A stretch of DNA of 64,000 bases from Candidatus Omnitrophota bacterium (GCA_029564765.1 JAKQPK010000050.1:146977-210976); one strand, 5' to 3'; positions 1 to 9,845 are shown, counted from the first letter of the stretch. The notes: generated by a model not told the origin, from the sequence alone. Numbers and translations: made by a program.

Positions 1-349
1 ATTTCTGCTGAACAAGCGCGCTTTTCAACTGCTCTTGGAGAACTTGATTGAGACGCTCGGTCTTTTCAAGCTCGAGCTTAAGTTCCGCTACGGCGCCTTC
101 TTTGCGTTGCAGCAAGGCGTTCGCCTTTTCAGCCTCTGCCTGGAATTTCTTGACGTCGGCCTCTAGGATGCGGACCTTTGACTTCATTTTTTCCATCATC
201 TCTTCAGCGACCATGCGATTATATCGCTCTTGATTGAGATCATCGCGTGTCCGCTGGAATTTCTGAGAAGAAACAAGCGATATCACTAGACAGCCAATAC
301 TAACAGCCGCTAATATCAATAAATTCTTGTTCTCAAGGATCTTTTTCAT
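1..349 (-). CDS. Membrane-anchored coiled-coil hypothetical protein (partial, runs off window start)
   Basis: Read by hand: ATG at 349, 3 nt after the upstream stop. MKKILENKNLLILAAVSIGCLVISLVSS (TM) is followed by an E/K/L/Q-rich heptad region, open to the window edge. Confidence 0.7.
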   Translation of the reverse strand, partial: MKKILENKNLLILAAVSIGCLVISLVSSQKFQRTRDDLNQERYNRMVAEEMMEKMKSKVRILEADVKKFQAEAEKANALLQRKEGAVAELKLELEKTERLNQVLQEQLKSALVQQK

Positions 350-352
350 GAA

Positions 353-1003
353 CTATTTTAAGTTTTCCCCAGCGCCCCAGGATCCAACACTGCTACCCGC
401 ATCCTTCTTGGAAACATTGGGTAAAATAACGATCTCAACACGACGGTTCTTTTGCCTACCCTCTTTTGTCTCGTTAGAGGCGACAGGATGGAACTCGCCA
501 TATCCAGTCGCTGACAAACGGTTGGGCTCAAGTCCTTCATTATCTATCAGATAGTGCAAGACGCTCATTGCACGCGCAGAAGAAAGCTCCCAGTTGGATT
601 TCCATCCAGAACGCTGGATCGGGACATTATCGGTGTGCCCTTCAATGCCAACACGCAGATCCTTAACGGTCGTCTTAAGAACGCCGGCAACCTTGCCAAG
701 CTTCTGCAAGGAATCTGTTTTCAAAACCGCCTTTCCGGAATCAAAAAGAACTTCGGAAACAAACGTGATCACGAGCCCTCGCTCAAGCATTTCTACAGAA
801 ACTTCCTTGTCGTTAATTTCACGTCGAAGTCTCGCCTCCAGCTCTCGCTTAGCACGCTCTAATTCGCTTAATTCTTGTTTTAAATTTGAAATTTCCTGAA
901 GATCCTTTGTTCTGCCTTTTTGGATAACAACAGTACACCCGCTGAGGCCTGCCACAAGTGTTGCGATAACAAAAAAACTGATAAAAGATCGTAAAAACTG
1001 CAT
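353..1003 (-). CDS. OmpA/MotB-family peptidoglycan-binding lipoprotein with N-terminal coiled coil
   Basis: SD AGGAGG precedes ATG 1003. Lipobox LSGC; motifs LFDSGKA, IEGHTDN, NWELSSARA, GYGEFHP, NRRVEI. Confidence 0.85.
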   Translation of the reverse strand: MQFLRSFISFFVIATLVAGLSGCTVVIQKGRTKDLQEISNLKQELSELERAKRELEARLRREINDKEVSVEMLERGLVITFVSEVLFDSGKAVLKTDSLQKLGKVAGVLKTTVKDLRVGIEGHTDNVPIQRSGWKSNWELSSARAMSVLHYLIDNEGLEPNRLSATGYGEFHPVASNETKEGRQKNRRVEIVILPNVSKKDAGSSVGSWGAGENLK

Positions 1004-1031
1004 GGATTTCTCCTCCTTTTTATAATATCCC

Positions 1032-1060
1032 AAAGTAACATAAGCCCTCTGCAAAGTCAA
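1032..1060 (-). promoter_or_regulatory. Putative sigma70 promoter for the motB-like gene
   Basis: TTGACT-17 bp-TACTTT with extended -10 TG. Confidence 0.5.
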
Positions 1061-1101
1061 GAAAATAATGGTAAGTGATTGGGCTTTAAAAAGATACCTT
1101 T

Positions 1102-2373
1102 CTACCGGACAATGATCTCATCGCGCCGTGAGCCGATCGAGATATATTTTACTTTTACACCAATGATCTTCTCTAAATATTCAATATAGCGCCTCGCGTT
1201 GACAGGAAGCTTCCCATAAGAGCGGATGCCGCTGATCGGCGTTTGCCATCCGGGCAGTGTGACATAAATAGGCTCAACATTGCAAAAAGTCTCCAGATCA
1301 AAAGGGAACTCCTTAAGCGTTTTTCCTTTATACTGGTAGCCTGTGCATACCTTGATCATTTTTAGATCATCTAAAACATCCAGTTTCATGATCGCCAATT
1401 CGGTAGAACCATTCAACATAGCGGCATAACGGACTAACACGCTGTCAAACCACCCACAACGTCTCGGACGCCCCGTCGTCGCTCCAAACTCTTTTCCTTT
1501 ACTACGGATCTCCTCTTCAAGCTCTCGAGAGAATTCCGTTGGGAAAGGCCCTTCGCCAACGCGGGTTGTGTAGGCTTTTACGGCAGAAATGCTTTTATGG
1601 ATCTTAACAGGTGATATCCCCGCACCCGCACAGGCTCCAGCGCAAATAGAATTGGAAGAAGTAACATAGGGATATGTTCCAAAATCAATATCCAGAAATG
1701 TTCCCTGAGCGCCTTCGAACAAAATCGTTTTCTTGCGGTCGATCGCTTGATTAAGATACAACGCCGTATCACAAATAAAAGGCTTCAGCCTTTGCCCATA
1801 CTGAAGATACTCTTTATAAATTTCTGAGAAATGAAACGGCTTATGACCATAAACAAGGCGAAAGGTCTCATTCTTCTCTCGCAGATTGTCTTCGAGCTTT
1901 AATCGCAGGATGCGCGGATTCAAAAGGTCCACCATGCGAATACCGCAACGCGTTACTTTATCCGCATAGCAAGGGCCAATGCCTCGTCCAGTCGTGCCAA
2001 TACGGTTCTTGCGCACTTTCTCGCGCAAACCGTCAAGGACCCTGTGATATGGCATAATAACATGCGCGTTCGCTGCGATCTTCAGCCTTTGAGGCGTGAC
2101 TACGATCTTTTGCGCACGTAACTGCTCCAACTCTGCTAATAATGCCTGCGGATCAATGACAACGCCATTGCCAATGACACATGTCTTACTTTTATGCAGA
2201 ACAGCTGAAGGAATAAGATGGAACACATATTGCGTCTTTCCAACAACGACCGTATGGCCGGCATTGTTGCCTCCTTGATACCGAACCGTGATATCTGCTT
2301 TCTGAGAAAGAATATCGATCAACTTTCCCTTACCCTCATCGCCCCATTGGGCCCCACCAACAACAATATTCAT
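1102..2373 (-). CDS. purA: Adenylosuccinate synthase
   Basis: GAQWGDEGKGK, GGNNAGHT, EGAQG, EFGATTGRPRRCGW. Confidence 0.98.
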   Translation of the reverse strand: MNIVVGGAQWGDEGKGKLIDILSQKADITVRYQGGNNAGHTVVVGKTQYVFHLIPSAVLHKSKTCVIGNGVVIDPQALLAELEQLRAQKIVVTPQRLKIAANAHVIMPYHRVLDGLREKVRKNRIGTTGRGIGPCYADKVTRCGIRMVDLLNPRILRLKLEDNLREKNETFRLVYGHKPFHFSEIYKEYLQYGQRLKPFICDTALYLNQAIDRKKTILFEGAQGTFLDIDFGTYPYVTSSNSICAGACAGAGISPVKIHKSISAVKAYTTRVGEGPFPTEFSRELEEEIRSKGKEFGATTGRPRRCGWFDSVLVRYAAMLNGSTELAIMKLDVLDDLKMIKVCTGYQYKGKTLKEFPFDLETFCNVEPIYVTLPGWQTPISGIRSYGKLPVNARRYIEYLEKIIGVKVKYISIGSRRDEIIVR

Positions 2374-2395
2374 TCGTCAACTCGCTTTTTTAAGG

Positions 2396-3418
2396 TTACT
2401 TTTTCGGGTTAGATAATTTCAGTGTCTTTAAGATTTCTGACGCTGTTGTTCTTTCGGTCACGCCAAAGATCTCCGTATTTTCCATAAGAAATAATGGCGC
2501 ATAACGAATATCAAGATCTTGTGAAAGTGAAACCTTCTGCTGATACAGCTTTTCCCCTTGAGAAGATTGGGCGCATGCCTTAACCTTTTTCACATCACAA
2601 CCGTTGGCCTGCAAAACATTGTCGATCCAAATGTTACCCGTATCTAAAAGACGCTCGACCAGATAATCAAGCGCCTTTTGGGGATAGTATTTCTCGACGC
2701 ATGCGAAAACTTTATTTTCGTTTATTTCCCTTTCGCCTCCGGGACTAATGATCTTTTTGGACTGCACATCTTGCAAGCCTAAGAAATGAACATTGACATT
2801 GACCCCATGCTTTTTGTCCTTACTGATCTCCTGGGCGATCTTGGCCGATTGATACATACCCGGAGAAGTCATAACGAGAAAAATGTCCAATTGATTGTTG
2901 CGACGCGCGCGATCAGAAAAATATGAGACACCGGCGAACTCCGGTTTAAGATAATACTGGCCTTCAGCCGCAGAGACCATTGGCTCAAAATCGGTAAAGC
3001 TTATTTCTTGCTCGATCTCTTTTCCCAAAATATATGCCGGCAACATTTTGATCTTTAACTTCTTGATAAGTTCTTTGGCTTTTACATCGCTTGCTTTCAG
3101 GCGTTCAGCTTCCAATCCTGGAAAAAACATCTTAAGCTGTTCCAGGACGATTTCGCTTTGACAAGAACGGCACTGGTCAGGCTCAATAACAACAACCGGG
3201 ATCTTTACGATCTCCTGCCAAAGACACCGGGAAGTCTTTTCCCCGGGAGACTGACAAATACCTAAAAGACCCGGACGCGCACACTCTTGATGGCTAGAGC
3301 ATCTTGGCGTGAATCCTTCTGATGCAACCGCGATTTCCTCGCACCTGGCAACACGCGCGGATCCGGCTATCACAAAAAAGAAACATATGTAAATAACACA
3401 CAGATAAACTTTTTTCAT
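2396..3418 (-). CDS. Exported cysteine-rich protein with probable tandem thioredoxin-like (DsbA/GILT-like) domains
   Basis: N-terminal hydrophobic segment, 4-Cys module, CRSC motif, GEREINENKVFAC segment. Start 3418 or 3433. Confidence 0.55.
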   Translation of the reverse strand: MKKVYLCVIYICFFFVIAGSARVARCEEIAVASEGFTPRCSSHQECARPGLLGICQSPGEKTSRCLWQEIVKIPVVVIEPDQCRSCQSEIVLEQLKMFFPGLEAERLKASDVKAKELIKKLKIKMLPAYILGKEIEQEISFTDFEPMVSAAEGQYYLKPEFAGVSYFSDRARRNNQLDIFLVMTSPGMYQSAKIAQEISKDKKHGVNVNVHFLGLQDVQSKKIISPGGEREINENKVFACVEKYYPQKALDYLVERLLDTGNIWIDNVLQANGCDVKKVKACAQSSQGEKLYQQKVSLSQDLDIRYAPLFLMENTEIFGVTERTTASEILKTLKLSNPKK

Positions 3419-3435
3419 AAGCACCTTTTTCAATA

Positions 3436-5022
3436 TTAAACTTTGATCAACTTGACAAATAAAATATCTGGTGTTTGGCGAAGCTCCTGAAGAACGCTCT
3501 CAGGGATCTCGTTATCGACATTGACAACACTGATAACAAGCCCTCCTTTTTGTTCGCGCCCAAAGGTAATGCTCGCGATATTGATCTTACTCTTTCCAAG
3601 GATCGTTCCAACGGCGCCAACAATGCCCGGCCTATCATTGTTATTGATGTATAGCATGTAGCCTCGAGGAATTGCCTCGACATAAACATTGTTCACTTTA
3701 ACGATGCGTGGTTGATTATTGCTTGAAAGTGTACCAAAAAGAACAAATGGGTCTTTATCCGTCGCGACTTCCAGGCGGATCAGGTTGACGAATTCCTGTT
3801 TCTCGTTCGTCTTGATCTCTTCCACCTTAACAGCTCTCTCTCGAGCAACATCTAAAGAATTGACCAAGTTAATGCTGTCTCCCAATGCAGGCTTTAAAAC
3901 ACCATAAACAAGCGCCATTGAAACAGGTGCTGTCTTATAGTCGCAAAGAACACCACTGTAAAAGATCTTGATCTCGCCCACGCGCCCATCGATTAGCTGG
4001 CCGGCAAATTTTCCCATCTGCTCGGACAACTCCACATAAGGCTCCAAGATCTTAAAAGTTTCAGCATCGATCGACGGAAAATTGGTCGCGTTCACGATGC
4101 CTTGCCCCAATAAGGCATTGCGGATCGCTTCCGCGATCTCAATGGCTACATTGACCTGGGCCTCCGATGTGGATGCCCCTAAGTGCGGTGTCGCGACACA
4201 ATTATCAAATTTAAAAAGAGGCGATTGAAAATCTGGAGGTTCCTTCTCGTAGACATCCAGCGCGCATCCTTTGATCCGTCCGGATTCCAACGCGCGAACA
4301 AGGGCAGATTCATCAATGATCCCGCCGCGGGCGCAATTGATCACGCGGACATCTTTTTTCATCAGATCAAACTCTTTGTCAGAAATAAAACTCTTTGTAT
4401 CCGTACTTTTTGGCACATGGATCGTAATATAGTCGGCACGCTTTAAAAGATCGTCTTTTTCAACGATCTCAACGCCTATTTGCTTGGCAAGTTCAACTGT
4501 GATAAAGGGATCGTAGCCAATGATCTTCATTCCAAAAGCTTTAGCCATGCGCGCGACGGTTGAACCGATGCGCCCCAATCCAACGACACCTAATATTTTG
4601 CCATGTAACTCAACTCCGGTAAATTTTGATCGCTCCCATTTGCCGGCTTTTAATGACGCGCAGGCCTGAGGGATATTGCGAGATAAGGCCAAGATAAGGC
4701 TCATGGTCTGCTCTGCCGTGGAAGTCGTATTGCCTCCGGGTGTATTCATGACCACAATGCCTTTTTTTGTGGCAGCTTTCAGATCGACATTATCAACGCC
4801 AACACCCGCGCGGCCGATAAACTTGAGCCTATCAGCAGCAGCAATGATATCCGCCGTGACTTTTGTTTCGCTGCGGATAATGAGCGCATCATAATCCTTG
4901 ATGGTAGCCTTCAGATCATCTGGCGAGATGCCAGGCTTAAAATCCACCTGGAATTCTTTGACGTTCTTTAGGATCTGAAGACCTTCCGGAGCCAATTTAT
5001 CGCTTATCAAAACCTTGATCAT
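3436..5022 (-). CDS. serA: D-3-phosphoglycerate dehydrogenase (long type with C-terminal ACT domain)
   Basis: RAGVGVDN, GLGRIG, NCARGG, TPHLGAST, NNDRPGIVG. Confidence 0.97.
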   Translation of the reverse strand: MIKVLISDKLAPEGLQILKNVKEFQVDFKPGISPDDLKATIKDYDALIIRSETKVTADIIAAADRLKFIGRAGVGVDNVDLKAATKKGIVVMNTPGGNTTSTAEQTMSLILALSRNIPQACASLKAGKWERSKFTGVELHGKILGVVGLGRIGSTVARMAKAFGMKIIGYDPFITVELAKQIGVEIVEKDDLLKRADYITIHVPKSTDTKSFISDKEFDLMKKDVRVINCARGGIIDESALVRALESGRIKGCALDVYEKEPPDFQSPLFKFDNCVATPHLGASTSEAQVNVAIEIAEAIRNALLGQGIVNATNFPSIDAETFKILEPYVELSEQMGKFAGQLIDGRVGEIKIFYSGVLCDYKTAPVSMALVYGVLKPALGDSINLVNSLDVARERAVKVEEIKTNEKQEFVNLIRLEVATDKDPFVLFGTLSSNNQPRIVKVNNVYVEAIPRGYMLYINNNDRPGIVGAVGTILGKSKINIASITFGREQKGGLVISVVNVDNEIPESVLQELRQTPDILFVKLIKV

Positions 5023-5036
5023 GACAACCTCTTATT

Positions 5037-6179
5037 TTAGCTATTGAACACTTTCTGAGCAGCGGCAACACCTGCGCCAAGCTCAAATTTATACCCCATC
5101 GCACACAACGCCTTCTCCAGAACAGCAATGCCTGTTAAGATATCATACTCATCAACAGCGCCCATGTGAGCGATACGAACAACTTTACCCTTGAGTTCTT
5201 CCCCTTGCCCTCCGGCCATTGTGATGCCATGAACATCGCGCATCGCTTTGACAAGCTTTTCTCCATCAATGCCTGGCGGAACATTGATCGCCGTCACAGC
5301 GTTAGAGGCATTGGCCTCATCAGCAAAGATCGTCAAACCTATTGCCTTTGCTGCCGCTCTCACAGCCTTCGCCATCTTAGCATAATAAGGCCACATATTC
5401 TCGATGCCTTTGGCGTTCACCATCTTTAAACTTTCGTTCAGCGCCATGACAAGATTGATCGCGGGTGTAAAAGGCGTATCTGCTTTTTCTACAGCCTTTT
5501 TTGACTTTTTAAAACTGTAGTAATACTTCGGGCTTGTCGATTGCTCCGCAAGCTTCATCGCCTTTGGGCTGACGCTGATAAAAGACACTCCTGGTGGCAA
5601 CATCAAACCCTTATGACAGGCCGAACAAACAACGTCCACGCCCCATTCGTCCGTTAATAATTCATCCGGCCCTAAACCACTGATCGCGTCAACAACGAGC
5701 ACAGCACTTGTTTGCTTAACGATATCCGCGATGGCCTTCACGTCAGGCATGGTCGCTGTAGAAGTTTCGCAAAGGGTGATAAAGACCGCTTTGATATCTT
5801 TCTCAACAGCTAAGATCTCTTGAATGGCCGCAGGCTGTACCGCTTTGCCCCAGGCGATCTTAAGGACTTTTGCGTCAACGCCATACGCCTTGCAAAGCTC
5901 TGTCCAGCGTTCGCCAAATTTTCCAGCCTCGACGGTGATTGCCTTATCTTTTGCGGATAATAAATTCGCGACCGCTGCCTCCATCGCCCCTGTTCCTGAT
6001 GAGGCAAAAATAAAAACATCGTTCTGTGTTTTCAGGACCTTTTTAAGACCCTCGAAAACTTCTTTTAAGATCGCCTGAAATTGGGGCGTGCGATGATGGA
6101 TGATCGGACGGCCTAATACTTCACAAAGTTCTGCCGGAACTTTTGATGGACCCGGAGATAGTAACAAATTTCTTTTCAT
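5037..6179 (-). CDS. Class V PLP aminotransferase (alanine-glyoxylate/serine-pyruvate family)
   Basis: LLSPGP, HHRT, SSGTGAMEA, ETST, VDAIS, HKGL (PLP lysine), RIAHMG. Confidence 0.9.
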   Translation of the reverse strand: MKRNLLLSPGPSKVPAELCEVLGRPIIHHRTPQFQAILKEVFEGLKKVLKTQNDVFIFASSGTGAMEAAVANLLSAKDKAITVEAGKFGERWTELCKAYGVDAKVLKIAWGKAVQPAAIQEILAVEKDIKAVFITLCETSTATMPDVKAIADIVKQTSAVLVVDAISGLGPDELLTDEWGVDVVCSACHKGLMLPPGVSFISVSPKAMKLAEQSTSPKYYYSFKKSKKAVEKADTPFTPAINLVMALNESLKMVNAKGIENMWPYYAKMAKAVRAAAKAIGLTIFADEANASNAVTAINVPPGIDGEKLVKAMRDVHGITMAGGQGEELKGKVVRIAHMGAVDEYDILTGIAVLEKALCAMGYKFELGAGVAAAQKVFNS

Positions 6180-6217
6180 ACAACAACTTCCTTTCTTCAC
6201 CTGATGAATAAATACTG

Positions 6218-6823
6218 TTAAGAATTCTCCCCATGATAGATCACTTCATCGATCAAACCATATTTTTTGGCCTCTTCCGCACTCATAAAAAAATCCCTAT
6301 CGGAGTCTGCCGTTACTTTTTCCACCGATTGGCCTGTATGCTGGGAGAGGATCTTGATCAAGTCGATCTTTAGCCGTTCGATCTCGCGCGCCTGGATCGT
6401 GATATCGCTCGCCGTTCCCTGCACACCGCCCCAGGGCTGATGGATCATAATACGGGCATAAGGAAGTGCGAATCTTTTTCCTTTCGTCCCAGCGGTCAAA
6501 AGAACAGCTCCCATACTAGCAGCCTGACCAATGCAGTAAGTCCGGATCTGCGGTTTCAGAAAACGCATCGTATCATAGATCGCCAATCCTGCCGTTACTG
6601 ATCCTCCCGGCGAATTCACATACACGCTAATATCCTTAGTCGCGTCTTCGGATTGCAAGAACAATAATTGCGCGATGATCAAATTGGCCACATTATCATC
6701 GATAGCGGTTCCGATAAAAACAATACGCTCTTTCAAAAGACGGGAATAAATATCGTAGGATCTTTCCCCGTGGCCGGATTTTTCAACAACGATCGGGACT
6801 AACAGCTGATTATTTTTTTCCAT
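6218..6823 (-). CDS. clpP: ATP-dependent Clp protease proteolytic subunit
   Basis: [29 protein letters not shown]. Confidence 0.98.
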   Translation of the reverse strand: MEKNNQLLVPIVVEKSGHGERSYDIYSRLLKERIVFIGTAIDDNVANLIIAQLLFLQSEDATKDISVYVNSPGGSVTAGLAIYDTMRFLKPQIRTYCIGQAASMGAVLLTAGTKGKRFALPYARIMIHQPWGGVQGTASDITIQAREIERLKIDLIKILSQHTGQSVEKVTADSDRDFFMSAEEAKKYGLIDEVIYHGENS

Positions 6824-7721
6824 CTTCTTTTGCCTCCTCCCATTGAGCTTCTTTTAATAGAAAGCCAATGACTTTTTGAAAGACATTCTCCCCCTCTTCA
6901 AATTTCATTTGCTCCTGTTGAGCGATCTTTTCTAAAATAAAATACGCTTTCACGTCCCGCTCAGCGTTCGGGCGCATATTCTTTGTGAACTCCTCCAGGC
7001 GCTTTTCCATCTCTTCAGGCTTCATGTTCTGCCGCTCGAGCCGCTGCTTGGCATTATCAACCAAGCGCTGTAAATGACGTTCGATCGTTGTCTTAGGAAC
7101 GACCAATTTTGTATTTTTGATCAGAAAGTCGATCACTTGATTTTCAATGTCCGCGCGGTTCTGACGATCTTTTTCAAGCTCCATCTGACGCTTAAATGAG
7201 GTCTTGAGCTCTTCTAGGCTTGGATACCCCAACCCCTTAGCGAACTCATCGTCGATCTTCGCTTCTTTTTCTTTTCCTTGGGCAGTTTTGAAAAAATCCA
7301 ATGTTTTATTAATCTCTTCTTCGCTGACCTGCGCTGACTTCCTCTGCACCTTGATCCCTTTGTAATCTTTGACCATAAACTCAGGCTGAATATCTAAGCT
7401 GGCAGTAAAGAACAATGTGCCGTCCTTTAGCTGCACATCATGGATGTCTGGAAAATCGATCGGCGATAGACTTTCTTTCTTGATGGCTTCCTGATATACC
7501 TCAGGGATAAGCCGTTCCATCATCTTTTCTTGAGCGATCTTGCCATGCTCTTGCTCGACTAAGTGCCGGGGTGCTTTGCCTGGACGGAATCCGCGAATCT
7601 TTGCGACTTTTAAAATTTCACCGTAGACTTCCTCCATTCTCTGGCTGACACGATCCTTAGGGATCTCGAACTTCAGTTCTCGTCGTGTCGCGTCCACTTT
7701 CTTAACTTCAACTTTCATCAT
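6810..7721 (-). CDS. tig: Trigger factor, short form lacking the FKBP domain
   Basis: GFRPGKAP ribosome-binding signature, DDEFAK, position directly upstream of clpP; only 303 aa. Confidence 0.88.
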   Translation of the reverse strand: MMKVEVKKVDATRRELKFEIPKDRVSQRMEEVYGEILKVAKIRGFRPGKAPRHLVEQEHGKIAQEKMMERLIPEVYQEAIKKESLSPIDFPDIHDVQLKDGTLFFTASLDIQPEFMVKDYKGIKVQRKSAQVSEEEINKTLDFFKTAQGKEKEAKIDDEFAKGLGYPSLEELKTSFKRQMELEKDRQNRADIENQVIDFLIKNTKLVVPKTTIERHLQRLVDNAKQRLERQNMKPEEMEKRLEEFTKNMRPNAERDVKAYFILEKIAQQEQMKFEEGENVFQKVIGFLLKEAQWEEAKEDGKK

Positions 7722-7756
7722 CTTACCTTTCCTTCAGTTGTTTAACGACTTTATGA

Positions 7757-8479
7757 TTACATACGAAACTTTTCACCAAGATAGATCTGCCTTGCCCGCG
7801 GATTATTCACAAGGTCGTCCGCTGTTCCTGATATCAAGATCTGGCCATCAGCCACCAAATATGCCCTGTCTGTGATCGACAGTGTTTCACGCACATTATG
7901 GTCTGTTAACAAAATTCCCAGGCCCCTGCCTCGAAGATCTTTAATGATCTCCTGGGCTTCGGCAACAACGATCGGGTCAATGCCCGAGAACGGTTCATCC
8001 AGCAGCAAAAATGATGGGTTGGTCACAAGTGCCCGCGTGATCTCGAGCCGACGCCTTTCACCTCCTGAGAGCGTATACGCCTTACTTTTCGCTAAATGCC
8101 CGATATTTAATTCTTCTAATAGATTGCTCAAGCGACGCCTACGTTCCCGCGGGGAAATATTCAGTGTTTCTAAAATAAGCATGATATTTTCTTCAACTGT
8201 CAACTTCCGAAAGATCGATGGCTCCTGAGCCAAATAGCCGATGCCTAAATGACAACGATCATGAATAGGTTTGCGGGTAATATCTTCCTGGTCAAAGAGA
8301 ACCTTCCCTTCGTCAGGACGGATAATACCTACCGCCATATAAAATGTTGTTGTCTTGCCAGCACCATTGGGCCCCAACAAGCCGACGATCTCAGAGCGGC
8401 CGATCGAAATACTGAGATTGTTAACGACCCGGCGACCGCCATATGTTTTTACTAAATTCTTAGCTTCCAGAAGATACAT
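7757..8479 (-). CDS. lptB: LPS export ABC transporter ATP-binding protein
   Basis: GPNGAGKTT, YLAQE, LSGGERRR, DEPFSGIDP, TDHNVRET, C-terminal YLGEKF. Confidence 0.97.
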   Translation of the reverse strand: MYLLEAKNLVKTYGGRRVVNNLSISIGRSEIVGLLGPNGAGKTTTFYMAVGIIRPDEGKVLFDQEDITRKPIHDRCHLGIGYLAQEPSIFRKLTVEENIMLILETLNISPRERRRRLSNLLEELNIGHLAKSKAYTLSGGERRRLEITRALVTNPSFLLLDEPFSGIDPIVVAEAQEIIKDLRGRGLGILLTDHNVRETLSITDRAYLVADGQILISGTADDLVNNPRARQIYLGEKFRM

Positions 8480-8481
8480 GA

Positions 8482-9297
8482 CTAGTTCTTTTTTTCTTTA
8501 TCATCCATATACAACAGCAACTTCGGCCGTCCGTAAAGCTTGATCTTTTTGCTTCCTGCTTCGTATACAGCTTTATCGGAAAAAGAAGTATTTTCTCCTT
8601 GGACGATCAACACATTGCCCGTGCAGATCATCTGCTTGATCTGCTTTTTCTCAGAATCAAAAAAAAGCTCCATTTTATCCGCCATCAATCGTCGATCGCC
8701 TTGAACAGCGATCACATTGTCGTTAAAAACAGCTGTCTGTCCCTCGTAGTCGACCTCCATCGGACCGTCACAGGTAATGGTAATCTCGCCTTCCATTGAG
8801 TCATTGGCCTTAGGCTTAAACTCTACTGAGACATTTTCATTCAGTTTAGCTTTATTAAGGCCTGGCTGAGCAACAGCCCCCTGTCCCACAGCGGTCATGT
8901 TTTCGCGTACAATAGTCACCTTGTCATTAGTAGTGATCAAATCTTCTTTTTTCTGCCAATTGAGCGTATCGGTGGTCATCGTCATCCCGCCAGAGGTTGT
9001 TACAACGACATCTTCTTGAAGCTTCATGTCCCCGCTTTGTTTGTCAATGCGCCCTTTCTTTGCGGTAACATTCATGTCCTCTTCGCCATACGAATTAGCG
9101 TCAACATCAGTGATGTTGATTTCGTTATTCTGGATATCCGCCGTTGTTCCTTTTAAATCCCAAGACTTCTGGCCGCCATCTTGATAGCCAGACAAATTAA
9201 ATCCTTCCATCTGCTGGCTATCCGTTTGAGCCAGTAGCGGATAGGCGAAAAGGATCCCGCTTGCAAAGATGACAAGAAACAGGATATTCTTTTTCAT
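8482..9297 (-). CDS. LptC-LptA (OstA-like) tandem beta-jellyroll fusion protein
   Basis: Lies between kdsC and lptB. N-half is LptC-like (KSWDLKG, LQEDVVV, TDTLNW, ITTNDKV). C-half is LptA-like (ITITCD, AVFNDNV, LMADKM, CTGNV, DKAVY, LYGRP). Start taken as MKKNIL at 9297. Confidence 0.75.
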   Translation of the reverse strand: MKKNILFLVIFASGILFAYPLLAQTDSQQMEGFNLSGYQDGGQKSWDLKGTTADIQNNEINITDVDANSYGEEDMNVTAKKGRIDKQSGDMKLQEDVVVTTSGGMTMTTDTLNWQKKEDLITTNDKVTIVRENMTAVGQGAVAQPGLNKAKLNENVSVEFKPKANDSMEGEITITCDGPMEVDYEGQTAVFNDNVIAVQGDRRLMADKMELFFDSEKKQIKQMICTGNVLIVQGENTSFSDKAVYEAGSKKIKLYGRPKLLLYMDDKEKKN

Positions 9298-9314
9298 CAA
9301 GACACCTCTAAAAA

Positions 9315-9845
9315 CTAAAGATCGTCTGCAATAACCTTCGTCCACAAGCCTTTTGCTCTCAATAAAAGCTCGATCACTTCCCGCACAGCTCCATCGCCAC
9401 CGCAACGTGTCGTTACCACATCAGCAGCGTTCTTTGCCTCAGCAACAGCGTTACGAACAGCGATACCTAGCCCCGCACGTCTAAGGATCTGGCAATCCGT
9501 AATATCGTCACCAATAAAGCACACCTGCGCGTCCACAACTTTGAACTCTTTTAGCATGTGCTCATAGGCTGTCATCTTGGGATAAGAACCTGAATATAGC
9601 CTATCAATATGAAGATAATCCGCTCGGATCTTGACGACCTTGGAATTACCTGCCGTGATGATCGCCGTCTTGATACCGGCACGCTTAAGGATCACAATGC
9701 CAAATCCGTCTTGGACGTTAAAGCTCTTGAGCTCTCTCCCTTGCCCATCAAATATCAGCTGGCCATCGGTCAGGACGCCATCAACATCCATGGCTAAGAC
9801 CTTGATATTCTTCATCTTTGCTTTCAGCGCTGAGGTAATCTTCAT
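9315..9845 (-). CDS. kdsC: KDO 8-phosphate phosphatase (HAD)
   Basis: DVDGVLTDG, FNVQDG, IGDD, GGDGAVRE. Confidence 0.95.
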   Translation of the reverse strand: MKITSALKAKMKNIKVLAMDVDGVLTDGQLIFDGQGRELKSFNVQDGFGIVILKRAGIKTAIITAGNSKVVKIRADYLHIDRLYSGSYPKMTAYEHMLKEFKVVDAQVCFIGDDITDCQILRRAGLGIAVRNAVAEAKNAADVVTTRCGGDGAVREVIELLLRAKGLWTKVIADDL

